A stretch of 64,000 bases of DNA, taken from contig NC_043007.1 of the NCBI RefSeq assembly GCF_006345805.1, positions 24,118,001-24,182,000 of the forward strand. The letters are read 5' to 3'. Of this stretch, positions 1-13,056 are shown in pieces. This stretch comes from Octopus sinensis (taxonomy: Eukaryota). A program made the translations under genes and the position numbers. The notes below the pieces were generated by a model. The model was not told where the DNA came from, did not search any database, and saw only the letters and a program-made list of their open reading frames with translations. Each line of letters begins with the position of its first letter. Positions within the stretch are counted from its first letter, which is position 1.

Positions 1-1898
1 CCATCAAAAAAAAGCCACTGCAATGAGAGCTGTCAAGGAAGGGCCCTCAGAATGGGGCAAGGATCTGAAATGTAAGAGCGTTCAATTCTGAGATAAGGAG
101 CGCTGAAATCCATAAAGCCAAATGTGTGCTCTGTCTTTTATAATAACTATTATAACATACACTTGGAATGGTCCATAGGTTGTAATAAAAATAAGAACTG
201 CTCTGAATCTGTGTTGTAAACATCTAGGCTATCTTAGCAGCATAGTAGGCCCCTGGGCAAATCTAATGTAATGGGCCCTCTGGTATTTATTTGACAGCAA
301 GGCAAAGTATACATAGATCAGAATTGGCCCCCTAGATCTGTGGGGCCTTCAGGCAACAACTGTCCAATGTGCTCGTACCTCAAGATGGCACTGACAAACA
401 GTCTACATTCTTTTGAATATAGCAGTTTTAACAGCATGTGTTCTTGAAAAGGAAAGGCAGACAGTAAATTTTTGGTATGAATTTTATATCTGCGTGCCCT
501 TCTTGTCACAAATATCATGGTAACATGGACAGATGCGTGTGCTCACACACACATATTATTGCTAAAACATTTGAGATTCTTTAAAGTAGCAGTTGTCTAA
601 TTTGCAAATATTAAAGCCTCCTCTCCCCATACGATACTGCTTTTTTTTTCTTTTTTGCATCCCTCTTAATGCAAAGACAAATTGAGTTTGCATTGATATA
701 ATTCTATCTTTGCCAGGATGTTGAATATGTTTAAAAAGTGGGGAAAACACGTTCGTTTTATTAAACATGTCTATTTGTCCACCCATTTTGCTATCTCCAC
801 AACCTCTGCTCTCAGTAGATTGAAACCCCCTTTTTTCTCACCTTCCTATGAGAAACACATCTTTGGTGTCAGGAAATATTTCACTTTAAGGTCAGTCACT
901 GATCTTCAAGACACTTCAAATAAGACCCTCCACATAACAGTTCACATTTATAGGACTGCTGTACACACACACCTCAAACTGAATTCCAATTATAATCATT
1001 TGATTGTTTGGTAGAAATTCACTCATTAATATACTACAGCCACTGGCTTAACAACATACAGTTACTTCTTTCAGTGTTGCAATGGCCTCTTTTCCATTGA
1101 AGGAAATGTCACCTGGCTGGTGACTTTGATGTGGTTGGTTTTTAATTTGGATTACTGTCAGCTGATGTTTGAACTTGGATGATGTATGAAGACAGACATT
1201 GAAAAAAAGAAACAAAGAAAGCAACCAGCCTTTGTTTCGTTCTATGTCCATTGGTTTTGTGATGTGGTTCCTGGTGACACTCCTTAAATGTTTAATTGGA
1301 TGCATTTATGCCAGGGTCAAGTCCACTGCTTCGTGTGTGTGTTTGTGCACACACACACACATTAATATTTCACTTAGGCCTTACAATACTAATAATCTGA
1401 TGTTAGAACTCGACTTACAGCTGTAAGTTAATGAAGTTCATAGCATAATTTTGTTTTCCTTTCTTATTTATTTAATTTCATATTACACTCTGTACTCGTG
1501 TGTGTGTGTGTGTGTGTGATATCATTGAACACTATACTCTAAATCATCAACATATTATGTGTGTCTTCTCTTTGTATAAGTAAATACATATCTACTAAAT
1601 GTTTTTTACAATACATAGTATTATTAAATCATTGTATGAGCTGTAGATATTTCCCTCTTTCTATATATTTATCTACTATGCTGTGTGTATGTACATATAT
1701 TTGCTTGCATGTATATATGAATACACACACACACACACACACACACACAATAGACTGAACGTCAACATACATATGCATGCCTAAGTACTTTTCTTATCTT
1801 GGATACATATTTATTTCAAGTTTTGTATGTATGTATATATTTGTATATATCTGTATATGTAACGATAAACTAACTCGGAAATGGATGTGTGGCATTCA

Positions 1899-2110
1899 AT
1901 TAACCCTTTCATTACCAACCCAGTTGAAACCGGCTCTTTCTCTAAGTACAAATGTCTTGTTTTCAGAAGTTTTGAATTAAAATCTTCCACCAAATCTTAG
2001 TCACAATTTATGTTTCTAATACTAGATTAATGATAGCTAAGTCATTTGACTAAATTCTTTGTTATATTTAAAGTAATTGAAAGAAACACAGAGCATCTCA
2101 AAATAAATAT
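1899..2110 (+). mobile_element. piggyBac-like MITE left end, truncated by the CR1
   Basis: TTAA followed by CCCTTTC, the same terminal style as the 56055 element; right end not seen. Confidence 0.4.
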
Positions 2111-2111
2111 G

Positions 2112-3575
2112 CCCCATTCATAAAGGAGGTAGGAGAGCAGAGGCCAAAAACTAGACCTATCTCTCTGACCTCATGCATCAGCAAGGTCATGGAATGAATA
2201 GTCTGAAGAAAATGACTTGGTGACTGACACCCAACATGGTTTCTGACCAGGAAGAAGCTGTCTGACTCAGCTCTTACAACACTATAACTTGGTGCTGAAA
2301 CAGATGCTCAACCACTCAAATGTGGATGCGATATATCTCAACTTTGCAAAACCATTTCTTAAAGTTGATCATGGAATGATATGTCACAAACTGCGTGATC
2401 TCAGTATTGTTGGAAAATTGGGGGAATGGTTGCATGACTTTCTGAAGGATAGAAGTCAGGTGGTAGTTACCAATGGAGCCACCTCCAATGACATGCAAAT
2501 AGTGAGCGGTGTACTGCAAGGCGCTGTTTTGGGACCACTACTGACCATAATGACCCTCCCAGACATGCCCTTAGCAACACAGAGAGCCACAATCAGAAGT
2601 TACGCAGATGATACAAAAGTCTCACAGGTGATACAGAACCCTGGAGACACTATGCACCTGCAATGTGAGCTAGATGAAATATACAAGTGGGCTGAAAAGA
2701 ATATCATGCAGTTTAATGCTGAAAGCTTTCAAGCTTTGAGCTATCAGCATGCAAAACTAGATGCAATACCAATTAAATACATGGGACCTGGAGGGATTGC
2801 AGTCCCAGAGACACAGTCAGTGCGAGACCTGGGCATTTACATGAGTTATGATGCATTCTTCCATGTGCATGTTGCTAAATTGCCAATGAAATGCAGGCGG
2901 CTGACTGGATGGATTCTTAGAACTTTTAGAACAAGAGATCAGGAAACCATGATGGTCCTCTGGAAGACACTTGTCCTAAGCCACTCTGACTATTGCTCTC
3001 AGCTATGGTCACCAACCAGTGTCAGATTAATCTCAGAACTTGAGGCAATCCAACGAAGTTACACGAAGAAGATAGCCTCTATGCAGCATATAAGCTATTG
3101 GGAAGGACTCAAGAAATTAAGACTCTATTCCTTAGAGCGTAGGCAAGAAAGCTATGCCATAATATACATCTGGAAGGACTTGTCCCAAACTTTGGCATCG
3201 AGAGTTACACAAATACTAGAACTGGGCACCACTGCATAGTACAGGGAACTCCAAATTTGCTATCAAGATATAGGACAAGATACTGCAATAACCTGGGCTT
3301 CAGAGGTCCACAACTCTTCAATATCCTCCCGAAGGACCTGAGAGACCCTCACAGGGTGGATGTAGGTATCTTCAAAATAAAGCTGGACCTCTTCTTGTCA
3401 AGTCTCCCAGATGAACCAACTTCACGGCAGGAGGTGCAAACGAGGGCAGCTGCATCAAACTCTCTCATGCACCAAATGTCAATTCCTAAAAGGCATTCCG
3501 TGAAGTAAAATTATGTAGCAACACCAAATGGCGGTGCCCCAGCATGGCCAAAGCTCATGAGCTAAAGCTAGATAG
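2112..3575 (+). mobile_element. CR1-clade LINE, 5'-truncated ORF2 (reverse transcriptase) plus 3' tail
   Basis: PIHKGG..RPISLTSCISKVME, QHGF..SCLTQL, VSGVLQGAVLGPLL, YADDTKV, LRLYSLERR; frameshifts; ORF 2289-3239. Confidence 0.9.
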
Positions 3576-3620
3576 AATATAAAAAAAATATATATATATA
3601 TATATATATATTATTTAATA

Positions 3621-4030
3621 TAGGCGCAGGAGTGGCTGTGTGGTAAGTAGCTTGCTTACCAACCACATAGTTCCAGATTCGGTCCCACTGCATGGCACTT
3701 TGGGCAAGTGTCTTCTACTATCTCCTCGAGTCAACCAAAGCCTTGTGAGTGGATTTGGTAGACGGAAACTGAAAGAAGCCTATCGTATGTATGTATATGT
3801 ATGTAAATATGTGTGATTGTGTGTCTGTTTGTACCCTCCAACATCGCTTGACAACCGATGCTGGTGTGATTATGTCTATGTAACTTAGCGGTTCGGCAAA
3901 AGAGACTGATAGAATAAGTACTAGGCTTACAACGAATAAGTCCTGGGGTTGATTTGCTTGACTAAAGGTGGTGCTCCAGCATGGCCACAGTCAAATGACT
4001 GAAACAAGTAAAAGAGTAAAAGGGTAAAGA
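3621..4030 (+). mobile_element. tRNA-derived CORE-type SINE
   Basis: GGCGCAGGAGTGGCTGTGTGGTAAG head, CACTTTGGGCAAGTGTCTT core and CCAGCATGGCCACAGTCAAATGACTGAAAC tail; further copies at about 13655-14020, 14886-15262, 26714-27118(-), 54980-55350, 56503-56996(-), 58280-58430, 61075-61470(-). Confidence 0.85.
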
Positions 4031-4189
4031 CTATATGTATGTATGTATATATATGTATGTATGTGTATGTATATAGATGTATGTATATAATATCCTTAAA
4101 TCCTTAAAAATGTTTTAGCCCGAAGGCCGCGGCCATGCTGGGGCACCAATATACACATACACTTCTACCAATATCATCTATTGCATCTC

Positions 4190-4900
4190 CTGCTCTCTCT
4201 GCTATTCTCTGTACATTGGACAAGTGGGACGCCGCTTGGCTGACTGGTTTACAGAACACCTCTGAGACATCTGCCTCAGCAATGACAACCTGGTCTCATG
4301 CCATTTCTGCTCTACTGGTCACTCTTTGCAACACCTGTGTGTTCGGATTGTCCTTGCACAGAGGCCATCCAGACTCACGTTTGCGCCGTGAACTGAGATT
4401 AATCTTCTCTCTTCACTCTTTTGCGCCACATGGGCTCAACTCTCCTCCCCTTGCCTCTCCCACTCACCTCTTCTCTCTTGCTCCGACCCCTACTTCTCTT
4501 CATCCCTACCCTCTTTCTCTTCTCTACTCTCTTTCTCACGCCTACTCTTCACCCCTACTCCCTTTCTCTTTTCTCTCTTTCTCTCTTCAATCATACTCAC
4601 CTTCCCCTTCCCCCTTCATCGTCAACCCTCAGAAGCCCACCCCACCCCTACACATTCCTACCCCACCTTCCCTATCCTTCCCACCCCATCCCTTACACCC
4701 TCTCCAACATACCCCTCTTCTACCCTAACCCACACCCCGCCCGTGCTTTCTCCACTCTCGCCTCCCCCACCTCCCAACACCATCACACCACACCACACTA
4801 CACCATACCATACAACACATCATCATGCACACACCAGCACTGACCAATTCCCATCCCCCCCACACACACACATATATATATATATGGGAAAATGTGTTGT
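4190..4900 (+). mobile_element. Penelope-like element 3' fragment (GIY-YIG C-terminus plus CT-rich tail)
   Basis: GRRLADWFTEHL..HFCSTGHS..RLRRELRLIFSLHSFAPHGLN; homologous to 8520-8750 on the - strand. Confidence 0.8.
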
Positions 4901-5259
4901 TGAAAATGTACTTAAATTTCAAAAATCTCATAAATGTTTAAAATACATTTATTTACATGCATATCAAACTAGTTTCAACAATATGTTTTGTTTATCAATG
5001 GTAAAAGTGTAAAATTAGAAAAACATCATTATAAGTTTCAATGTTGACAAATCAAAATATTTCAATGTTGACAAACTGAAATGTTTTAATGTTGTTAAAT
5101 TCTCATGTTCAAAACAGAAAGTGTAATTTTGAAATTAAAGCTGTATATTAATTTTTTAGAATGTACAAGGTTCATTAATTTCAGTGGTGGTCGACAAATC
5201 ATACTGAAAAAAAACAAGTGTGAGAATTAAAATAGTCAAAAAAGGGAAATTATGGTTTC

Positions 5260-6985
5260 TCAGATCTTCTGTAAACAGTTGCTTTCGCTTGTAATGGTAT
5301 GTTTAAGGAAAGATGTATTTATAAATTTTTTTCTGGGAGCGGATCTGATTTTGATTCTTTAAAAAGTTGATGACGTTTTTCTTCCGTGGTCAAGCTTGTC
5401 GTTCTGCTTGGTTGGTTTCCTTGCAGGATATGGTTATAGGTCATTCTTGTTGGTTGGTTAAAGGGTGTTTTCATTGTATTTGTTGAAATTCGCTTTTGAT
5501 TGGTTTGGAATTATGTGACGTCAGCAACTGGTGTTTGTGGAATTTCATTGGACTGGAGGTGGATGACATCAGCATCTTGTGTTTGTGTGGTGATTTGGAG
5601 CTGCGGTTTCGAAACCCTGGTGGAAGATTGTTACTATTTTGTGTTGAAATTGGGTGTTTTTTTCTTTTCTTTATACTGCTTTTTCTTCTTTCTAAAGGAT
5701 ATTTAGCTGTGGTTTATATTTTTTTAATCAGTAAGTGTTCCTTATTTAAATGGAAATGGGTTGATTTGTTTCCAGTGCATTGATAGAAAGGGAAGATTTG
5801 GTATTTAGGGTTTTTGTCTACGGGGCATTGGTCTAGGTGCTGGCTGATGGGAATTTTCCTAGTTGAGGGGTCCCGGATTTGTTGCCTGTGCACTGTAAGT
5901 CTATCCCTCAAAGTTAAGCTTGTTTGACCAATGTAGTCTCCACCACAACCTCCACATTTAAGAACATAGATTAAGTTCTTTGAAGCACAGGTGAAGTCAT
6001 GTATGGTAAAAGGCCTGACTTAAATTTGTATGTTGAGCCCTCTAAGAGAAAGTTGCAAGTTCCGCAGTTCGGGCAGTTGCATCTTTTGACTTGTGGGGTT
6101 ATATTTTTGGTGGGTAATTTTGCACTGGTTGGTAATATTTTTAGAGATTGTAGTTGTCTCTTGCTTTTAATAATCCTATGTGTTTCTAGTGCCTTTTTCA
6201 TTCGTGGGTCCTTCATAAGGATGGGTATTTTTTGGTGGATGATGTTGTATGCTTCCAGGTTTCTTGGATTGTGTCGTGGTGTTTTCTTGTTTTCCGTAAC
6301 TCTTGGATATCTATCATTTTTGCACGTTCTATTCCATTTTTGATTAGACTGGGTATTTTCTATCAAGTAATGAAGTTTTAATTTCTTGGAGTCAATTTTC
6401 TGAGGTTTCAGGATTTGATGCAATTGTGCAAATTCTTCTTGCTAAGTTGTGGAGGTGCAATGGCCCAGTGGTTAGGGCAGCAGATTCGCGGTCAGAGGAT
6501 CGCGGTTTCGATTCCCAGACCAGGCGTTGTGTGTGTTTATTGAGTGAAAAAAGTTCCACGAGGCTCTGGCAGGGGGTGGTGTGATCCCTGTTGTACTCTT
6601 TCGCCCTAACTTTCTCTCAATCTTTCTTCCTGTCTCTTGAGTAACACTGCAATGGACTGGCGTCCTGTCCAGCTGGGGGGAACACATACGCCACAGAAAC
6701 TGGGAAACAGGGCCCATGAGCCTAGCTAGGCTTGAAAAGGGCGCATAAATAATTGAATGGTATATTTATTTTAGTATGGTAAGAGAATAGAAGATATTGT
6801 TTTGAGTCTGTTGGTTTGAAGAAGATGTTGGTTTCAATCTCAGTATCTTTCTTTATTATTAAGATATCCAGGAAGAGTAGTTGTTGGTGGTTGTATTCCA
6901 TAGTGAATTGGATACTGTGGTTAATGCTGTTGATTAAGTTTTTAAATTCTGTGAGTTGTTCAATGTTATGTGGCCAAAGGATGAA
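5260..6985 (-). mobile_element. Penelope-like element relic (RT thumb plus GIY-YIG) interrupted by a SINE
   Basis: SIQFTME..LLFLDILI..FFKPTDSKQYL..IPFN/LARRIC, CNCPNCGTC, YIGQTSLTLRDRLTVHRQQI, EHLLIKK. Confidence 0.85.
6449..6752 (+). mobile_element. tRNA-derived SINE with a V-domain-like motif
   Basis: A box TGGCCCAGTGG, B box GGTTTCGATTCCC, TGCAATGGACTGGCGTCCTGTCCAG at 6648-6672; splits the PLE codons PFN/LA; related copy at 53861-54149(-). Confidence 0.8.
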
Positions 6986-7009
6986 ACAGTCATCCAGGTA
7001 GCATTTCCA

Positions 7010-7770
7010 GTTGGTAAGTAAATATATAGGAAATTTATGACAATTTTAGAAAAACACTTCCCTGCTTCCCATAGATACAGCAGGATTTTTTCCAATAAGA
7101 CAGTTAGAATTTCATACTCTACTCTCCCGAATATATGGGGTACCATCATAGCAAGGTTAAATAGAAAGAATATTAAATTAGCAAGAGGTAGTAATAATAA
7201 TAATGTTACTGTCAGCACTAATTTAAACCCCTACAATGTGAATAATAATATTAATGGTGATGTAGAAAATAGAAACAGTGGTATTAATGCTTCTAATATA
7301 TACAATATAAACTGTAGCTCTGAGGTTTATACTAGCACAGGGATTACTGATACGCCTGTTGATGCTGGGATGAATGGAAATGATAGTATAATTGAAGGAT
7401 GGAGTGATTATACCAGATATGAAAATAACATATACAATAGTAGTAGTAGGATTAATATTAAGTCATAATAATAATGGTATGAATATCAATAATATTAATA
7501 GTAGTAATTCTCCTAATTGCAATTGTAGAGTTAAATTCCATTGTCCATTATTAGGGTGAAGTCTAATCCAAAACGTAATCTATAAGTGTACTTTCACAAC
7601 TGTAGCTGGTAGCTTTGTAATGATTGCATTGTTCAATTAAATGAAGCCACTTGAAACGGTTATACTGCATCACCTCTTGATATCCTGTTGCTTATTTTGA
7701 TTTCATTCACCTTACTTTGAGTTGTATGGATAATATCGCAATGATATGCTGCTTCAACTTAAGTAACTAA
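7010..7770 (+). mobile_element. Penelope-like element relic (post-RT linker, CNCR..CPL zinc motif, deleted GIY-YIG, pLTR tail)
   Basis: ILEKHFPASHRYSRIFSNKTVRISYS..PN, CNCRVKFHCPLLG*SLIQNVIYKC; tail GATATCCTGTTGCTTATTTTGAT is shared with the foldback at 41536-42254. Confidence 0.8.
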
Positions 7771-7804
7771 TTCCACTGAATCTCCATTATTTCTATGTAT
7801 TCAT

Positions 7805-7941
7805 ATATGTGTGTGTGTGTAGATATATATATATATATACATGTGTGTGTATGTGTATATATATGTATGTGCATATATATGTATGTATATATGTATGTAT
7901 ATATGTATGTATGTATATATGTATGAATATATGTATGTATG

Positions 7942-7975
<34 letters not shown>

Positions 7976-8189
7976 TATATGTATGTATATATATATGTAT
8001 GTATATATATATGTCTATGTATATATATATGTATGTATATATATATATGTCTGTATGTATGTATATATATATATATATGTATGTATATGTATGTATATAT
8101 ATATATATATATGTATGTATATGTATGTATATATATATATATATGTATGTATATGTATGTATATATATATATATGTATGTATATGTATG

Positions 8190-8225
<36 letters not shown>

Positions 8226-8269
8226 TATATACATGTATATATATGTATGTATATGTATGTATGTATATG

Positions 8270-8305
<36 letters not shown>

Positions 8306-8325
8306 TATATACATGTATATATATG
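7805..8325. repeat. Compound (TATG/TA)n microsatellite; similar arrays at 10838-11140, 12013-13056, 14030-14291, 15262-15862, 16993-17731, 43665-44030, 44660-45310, 45950-47060, 56700-56840
   Basis: low-complexity TA/TG/TATG repeats producing Y/I/M/C/H/T-only ORFs in all six frames. Confidence 0.97.
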
Positions 8326-8399
8326 GATGGATTTCCACCACAGCATCCGAAACTTGGAGTTTTATCATGGCTACCGAATAATTGTCACATATTACATTT

Positions 8400-10830
8400 A
8401 CAGATGGGGGGAGGTGGGTATGAGAGAAGAGTAAGAGAAGAGTAGGGCTGAAGAGAAGTAGAAGTTAGAGCAAGAGAGGAGAGGTGGGTGGGAGGAAGCA
8501 GGAGAGAGGGGAGGAGAGTTGAGCCCATGTGGCACAAAGGAGCAAAGAGGGAAGATTAATCCCTGTTCACGGCGCAAACGGAAATCCGGATGGCCTCTGT
8601 GCAAGAACAATCTGAACATGGACAGGTGTTGCAAAGAGTGACCGGTAGAGCGGAAATGGCATGAGACCGAGATATCATTGCCGAGTCGGATGTCTTGGAG
8701 GTGTTCCGTGAACCAGTCAGTCTAGCATCCTGTTTGTCCAATGTACAGAGAATGGCAGAGAGAGCAGGAGATGCAATAGATGATATTGGTAGAAGTGCAG
8801 GTGAAGGAGTCGATGATGGGTGCCAGTAAGGAGGGTGGTGTTGGAGGGTAAAGGCAAGTGCGGGAGCAGGGGAATGAGCCAGGTTGGGAGGTTGGGTTGG
8901 GGAAGAAGCTGTGGACCAAGAGGTCTCGTAGCTGTGGGCTCATTTGAAGGAGGGGAGGGGTCGGTTAGGGAAGATGTATGAAGTGGACGGGTTGGACTGG
9001 ATATGCCAGAAAGCTCGGAGAATGGTGCATTGGAGAGGTGGGGTGGTAGGTGAGAAGAAAAGGGAGGCAAGAGACTGCAAAGTGGGTTCGGGGGGAGAAC
9101 GGATGCACGGTCCACTGAATGTGCTCTGGTAAGGGCAGTGTGGATAGTGGTGAGGGGATATCCACGTAGGAGGAAGTGGCGAGCCATAAGTTGAGACTGA
9201 GTCATGGTTGTCACTACAGAGCCTGCGTAGACGGAGGAATAGGGGATGGAAAACTTGGTGTGTTTAGGGTGGGAGGAGGAAAAGTTGAGGTATGAGTGTG
9301 AGTCTGTGTTTGTAGTGGATGGAGGTGGTAAGAGTGGAGTGATAAAATGTCAAGAAAGGAGACAGAGGTGTCAGAGATAGTGGAGGGCAGGATGGAAAGA
9401 TTTGACAAAAGAGAGGAAAGAGTCTAGATGTTCTCGGGAGAGTGAGGTTGCACTGATGCAGTCATCAATATAATCGCCACATAGTTCGGGGGTGGGGCCA
9501 GTGAAACTTGAGAATATTTGGGCCTCAGCAAAGCCAACGAACAGGTTCGCATAGTTAGGGCCCATTCTTGTTCCCATGGCCACTCCCGAAATCTGCTGGT
9601 AGAAATCACCCGCAAACGAGAAGCAGTTGTGTGAGAGGACAAGTTCGGCTAGACGAACGAGTGTGAAGGCGTTGTGTTGGGGGTTGAGTCTGAGGTCAAG
9701 GAAGTGTTTCAGTGCACGCAGCCTGTAAAGGCTCTGGATGTCGAGAATGAAGAGAAGTTTAGAGGGGCCAGGAGGGAAGGAGAAAGAGTTGAACAGACAA
9801 AACGCTTGGTTGGTGTCATGGATGTGAGAAGGGAGAGAAGCCACTAGGGGTGCATGGAGACGGTCAAGATATTTGGAGAAGTTAATCTGGTCCACAGCAC
9901 GCTGGCAGGTGCCCGCAAAAGGATCAACTGCTTTGAATTGGCCTGGAGCAGGCATCCATTGGGGTGGTCGGCGGCCCAGGTCAGGGAAGCAGTTCTCCTC
10001 ATTAGATGCGGGTGGAGTGTCATCGAAAAGCACACACAACCTAACATGGCGCAAAAAGCTGGGGATATCAGCATGTGTCTGAAATTCATTACAAGATGGA
10101 GTGAGGGGGATGAAACGCAGACCCCTACTGAGGATGGAGCGCTCTGCCCCGGAGAGGGGAAGATCTGGCAGAATGGTAACAGCAGACTGAAGTGGAGAAG
10201 GGGTGGATGGAATAGAAGTAGGAGGGGTGGATGGGGTAGAGGTAGGAAGGGTAGTAGGGCTGGTGGAAAGCTTGGAGGGAGGGATAGGGATGTATGAGGG
10301 GGGTTGGATGGACAGGGTTCGGGTGTGGGTGGGTGGGGGAGCGTATTAGGGAGGGAGAAGGGTAGTGGAGGAGTGAGTGGAGTTTACAAAGTTTGGTGTT
10401 GGCAAGAAATTGATAAAAGAGATGATTTAAATGAATTATATAACGCAATGTGTTGTGAGCATTGGAGGGCGACAGAGAGGAGAAAAAGACGGAAAAAACC
10501 ATAGGGAGAAGGCAGTTGATGGTATGTATTTTAGAGAGATTGGAGTGAATGGTGGCATGCATAAAGCAGTAGGATGTAGTACGGAGTATGGGTAGGATGG
10601 TTGAAGGAGAGTGGGGTGGAAATGGCAGAAACCTTTAAGGATGAGGCAGTGATGTAAGCAGCGACTGAGATATGAATTGTGGCTAAAGAAGCAACTTTTT
10701 GAAAATGATTAAAAAAAGGTGAATAGAAGGCTGAAAGCAGTGGGAAGGAAGTATGCAAAGGTAGTGTTTTAGGCATTGGTGGAGAGTGAGGAGGAAGGAT
10801 TTGTAGTCTGGCATGGTAGTATAACAAGGA
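8400..10830 (-). mobile_element. Near full-length degenerate Penelope-like element (RT plus GIY-YIG)
   Basis: ILDIQSLY, FYQQISGVAMGTRMGPNYANLFV, YIDD, FVKSFHPALHY; SFTCTSTNIIYCISCSLCHSLYIGQTG; frameshifted. Confidence 0.92.
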
Positions 10831-11142
10831 GGAAAGTATATGTATATATATATATATGTATTTGTGTATATATGTGTGTATGTATATATATATATGTGTG
10901 TATGTATATATATATATATGTGTGTATATATATGTATATATCTATATATGTGTATATATATTTGTGTATGTGTATATATATATATATGTATGAATATATA
11001 TGTGAATATGTATATATTTGTGTATATATATATGTATGTGTGTATATATGTGAATATGTATATATTTGTGTATATATATATGTATGTGTGTATATATGTG
11101 AATATGTATATATTTGTGTATATATATGTATGTATGTATGTC

Positions 11143-12012
11143 ATCATCATCGTTTAACGTCCACTTTCTATGCTAGCGTAGAAACATCAGGTGTTGTGTG
11201 CAAGAGAGATGACTGAATTGGTATGGCCATGTGGCGAGAACGGATGAGGATAGCTGTGTGAAAAAGCACGACCCCCTACCAGTTGATGAAAACTGTGGAA
11301 GAGGTAGACCCAGGAAGACCTGTGATGAGGTGGTGAAGCATGACCTTCGAACATTAGGCCTCATTGAGGCATTGACTAGTGACCGGGACCTTTGGAAATA
11401 TGCTGTGCTTGAGAAGACCCGGCAAGCCAAGTGAGACCATAACCGCGTGGCCTATGCCAGGGGTGTAACCAGCCCATTTATGCGTACCTTTCCTTCATTG
11501 GACTCTAAACTCTGCTTGCGAAGACCTGTTGAGGCAAGTGAAATCGAAATCTAATTCAATGACTGGCATCCGTGCTAGTCGAGTGCTAAGAGCACCATCC
11601 GAGCGTGATCATTGCCAGAGCTGCAAATTGGCTTTCATGCCGGTGGCACGTAAATAGTTAATTTCGAGTGTGATCGTTACCAGTGTCACCTTACTGGCAC
11701 TTGTGCTGGTGGCACGTGAAAAAACATTCGAGTGAGGTCGTTGTCAGTGCCGCTGGACTGGCTCCTGTGCAGGTGGCACATAAAAAACGCCATTTGAACG
11801 TGGCCATTGTCTGTACCACCTGACTGGCCCTCGTATCAGTGGCATGGAAAAGCACCCACTACACTGTCTGAGTGGTTGGCATTAGGAAGGGCATCCAGCT
11901 GAAGAAACTCTGCCAGATCAGATTGGACCTGGTGCAGCCATCTGGTTTGCCAGTCCTCAGTCAAATTGTCCAACCCATGCTAGCATGGAAAGCGGATGTT
12001 AAATGATGATGA
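11143..12012 (+). mobile_element. RTE LINE 3' end (ORF2 C-terminus plus 3'UTR ending (TGA)n) with a short inverted tail copy at its left end
   Basis: RRLNWYGHV..DSCVKK..GRGRPRKT.DEVVKHDL; tail CCATGCTAGCATGGAAAGCGGATGTTAAATGATGATGAT; same tail at 13057, 14292, 16431, 26198, 50757, 52138 (-) and 20440, 61780 (+). Confidence 0.85.
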
Positions 12013-12137
12013 TATGTATGTGTATGTATATTTGTGTATATATATGTGTGTATATATATATATGTGTGTATGTATGTGTGTATATATATATGTGTATATA
12101 TATATATTTGTGTATGTATGTGTATATATATATATGT

Positions 12138-12219
<82 letters not shown>

Positions 12220-12516
12220 ATATATATATATGTGTGTGTATGTATGTGTGTGTATGTATGTGTGTGTGTATGTATGTGTATATGTATATATGGGTATATT
12301 TATATATAAATGTTATGTATATATGGGTATATTTATAATAATGTATATGTATATATGGGTATATTTATATAAATGTATATTGTATATATATATATTATAT
12401 ATATATTTATATGTATGTATATGTATATGTATGTATATATGTATATGTATGTATATATGTATATGTATGTATATAGTATATGTATGTATGTATGTATGTA
12501 TATGTATGTATGTATA

Positions 12517-12556
<40 letters not shown>

Positions 12557-13021
12557 AGTTTATGTATGTATATATGTATATGTATGTATATATGTATATG
12601 TATGTATATATGTTATATTGTTATATATGTATATGTATGTATATATGTATATGTATGTATATATGTATATGTATGTATGTATGTATATGTATGTATGTAT
12701 GTATATGTATGTATGTATGTATATGTATGTATGTATATATGTATGTATGTATATATGTATGTATGTATCTATATATATGTATGTATGTATCTATATATAT
12801 GTATGTATGTATCTATATATATGTATGTATGTATCTATATATATGTATATATGTATGTATGTATGTATATGTATGTATGTATGTATGTATATGTATGTAT
12901 ATATGTATGTATATGTATGTATATATGTATGTATGTATATGTATGTATATATGTATGTATGTATATATGTATGTATGTATATGTATGTATGTATATATGT
13001 ATGTATGTATATGTATGTATG

Positions 13022-13054
<33 letters not shown>

Positions 13055-13056
13055 GT

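Noticed and set aside
6449-6520. tRNA genes (also the SINE heads at 3621, 29504, 54149 and 57944)
   Set aside because: They have A/B boxes but no full cloverleaf and continue into SINE bodies
7037-7468. 143-aa Asn-rich ORF as a host gene
   Set aside because: Part of a Penelope relic; the flanking motifs are PLE-specific and interrupted by stops
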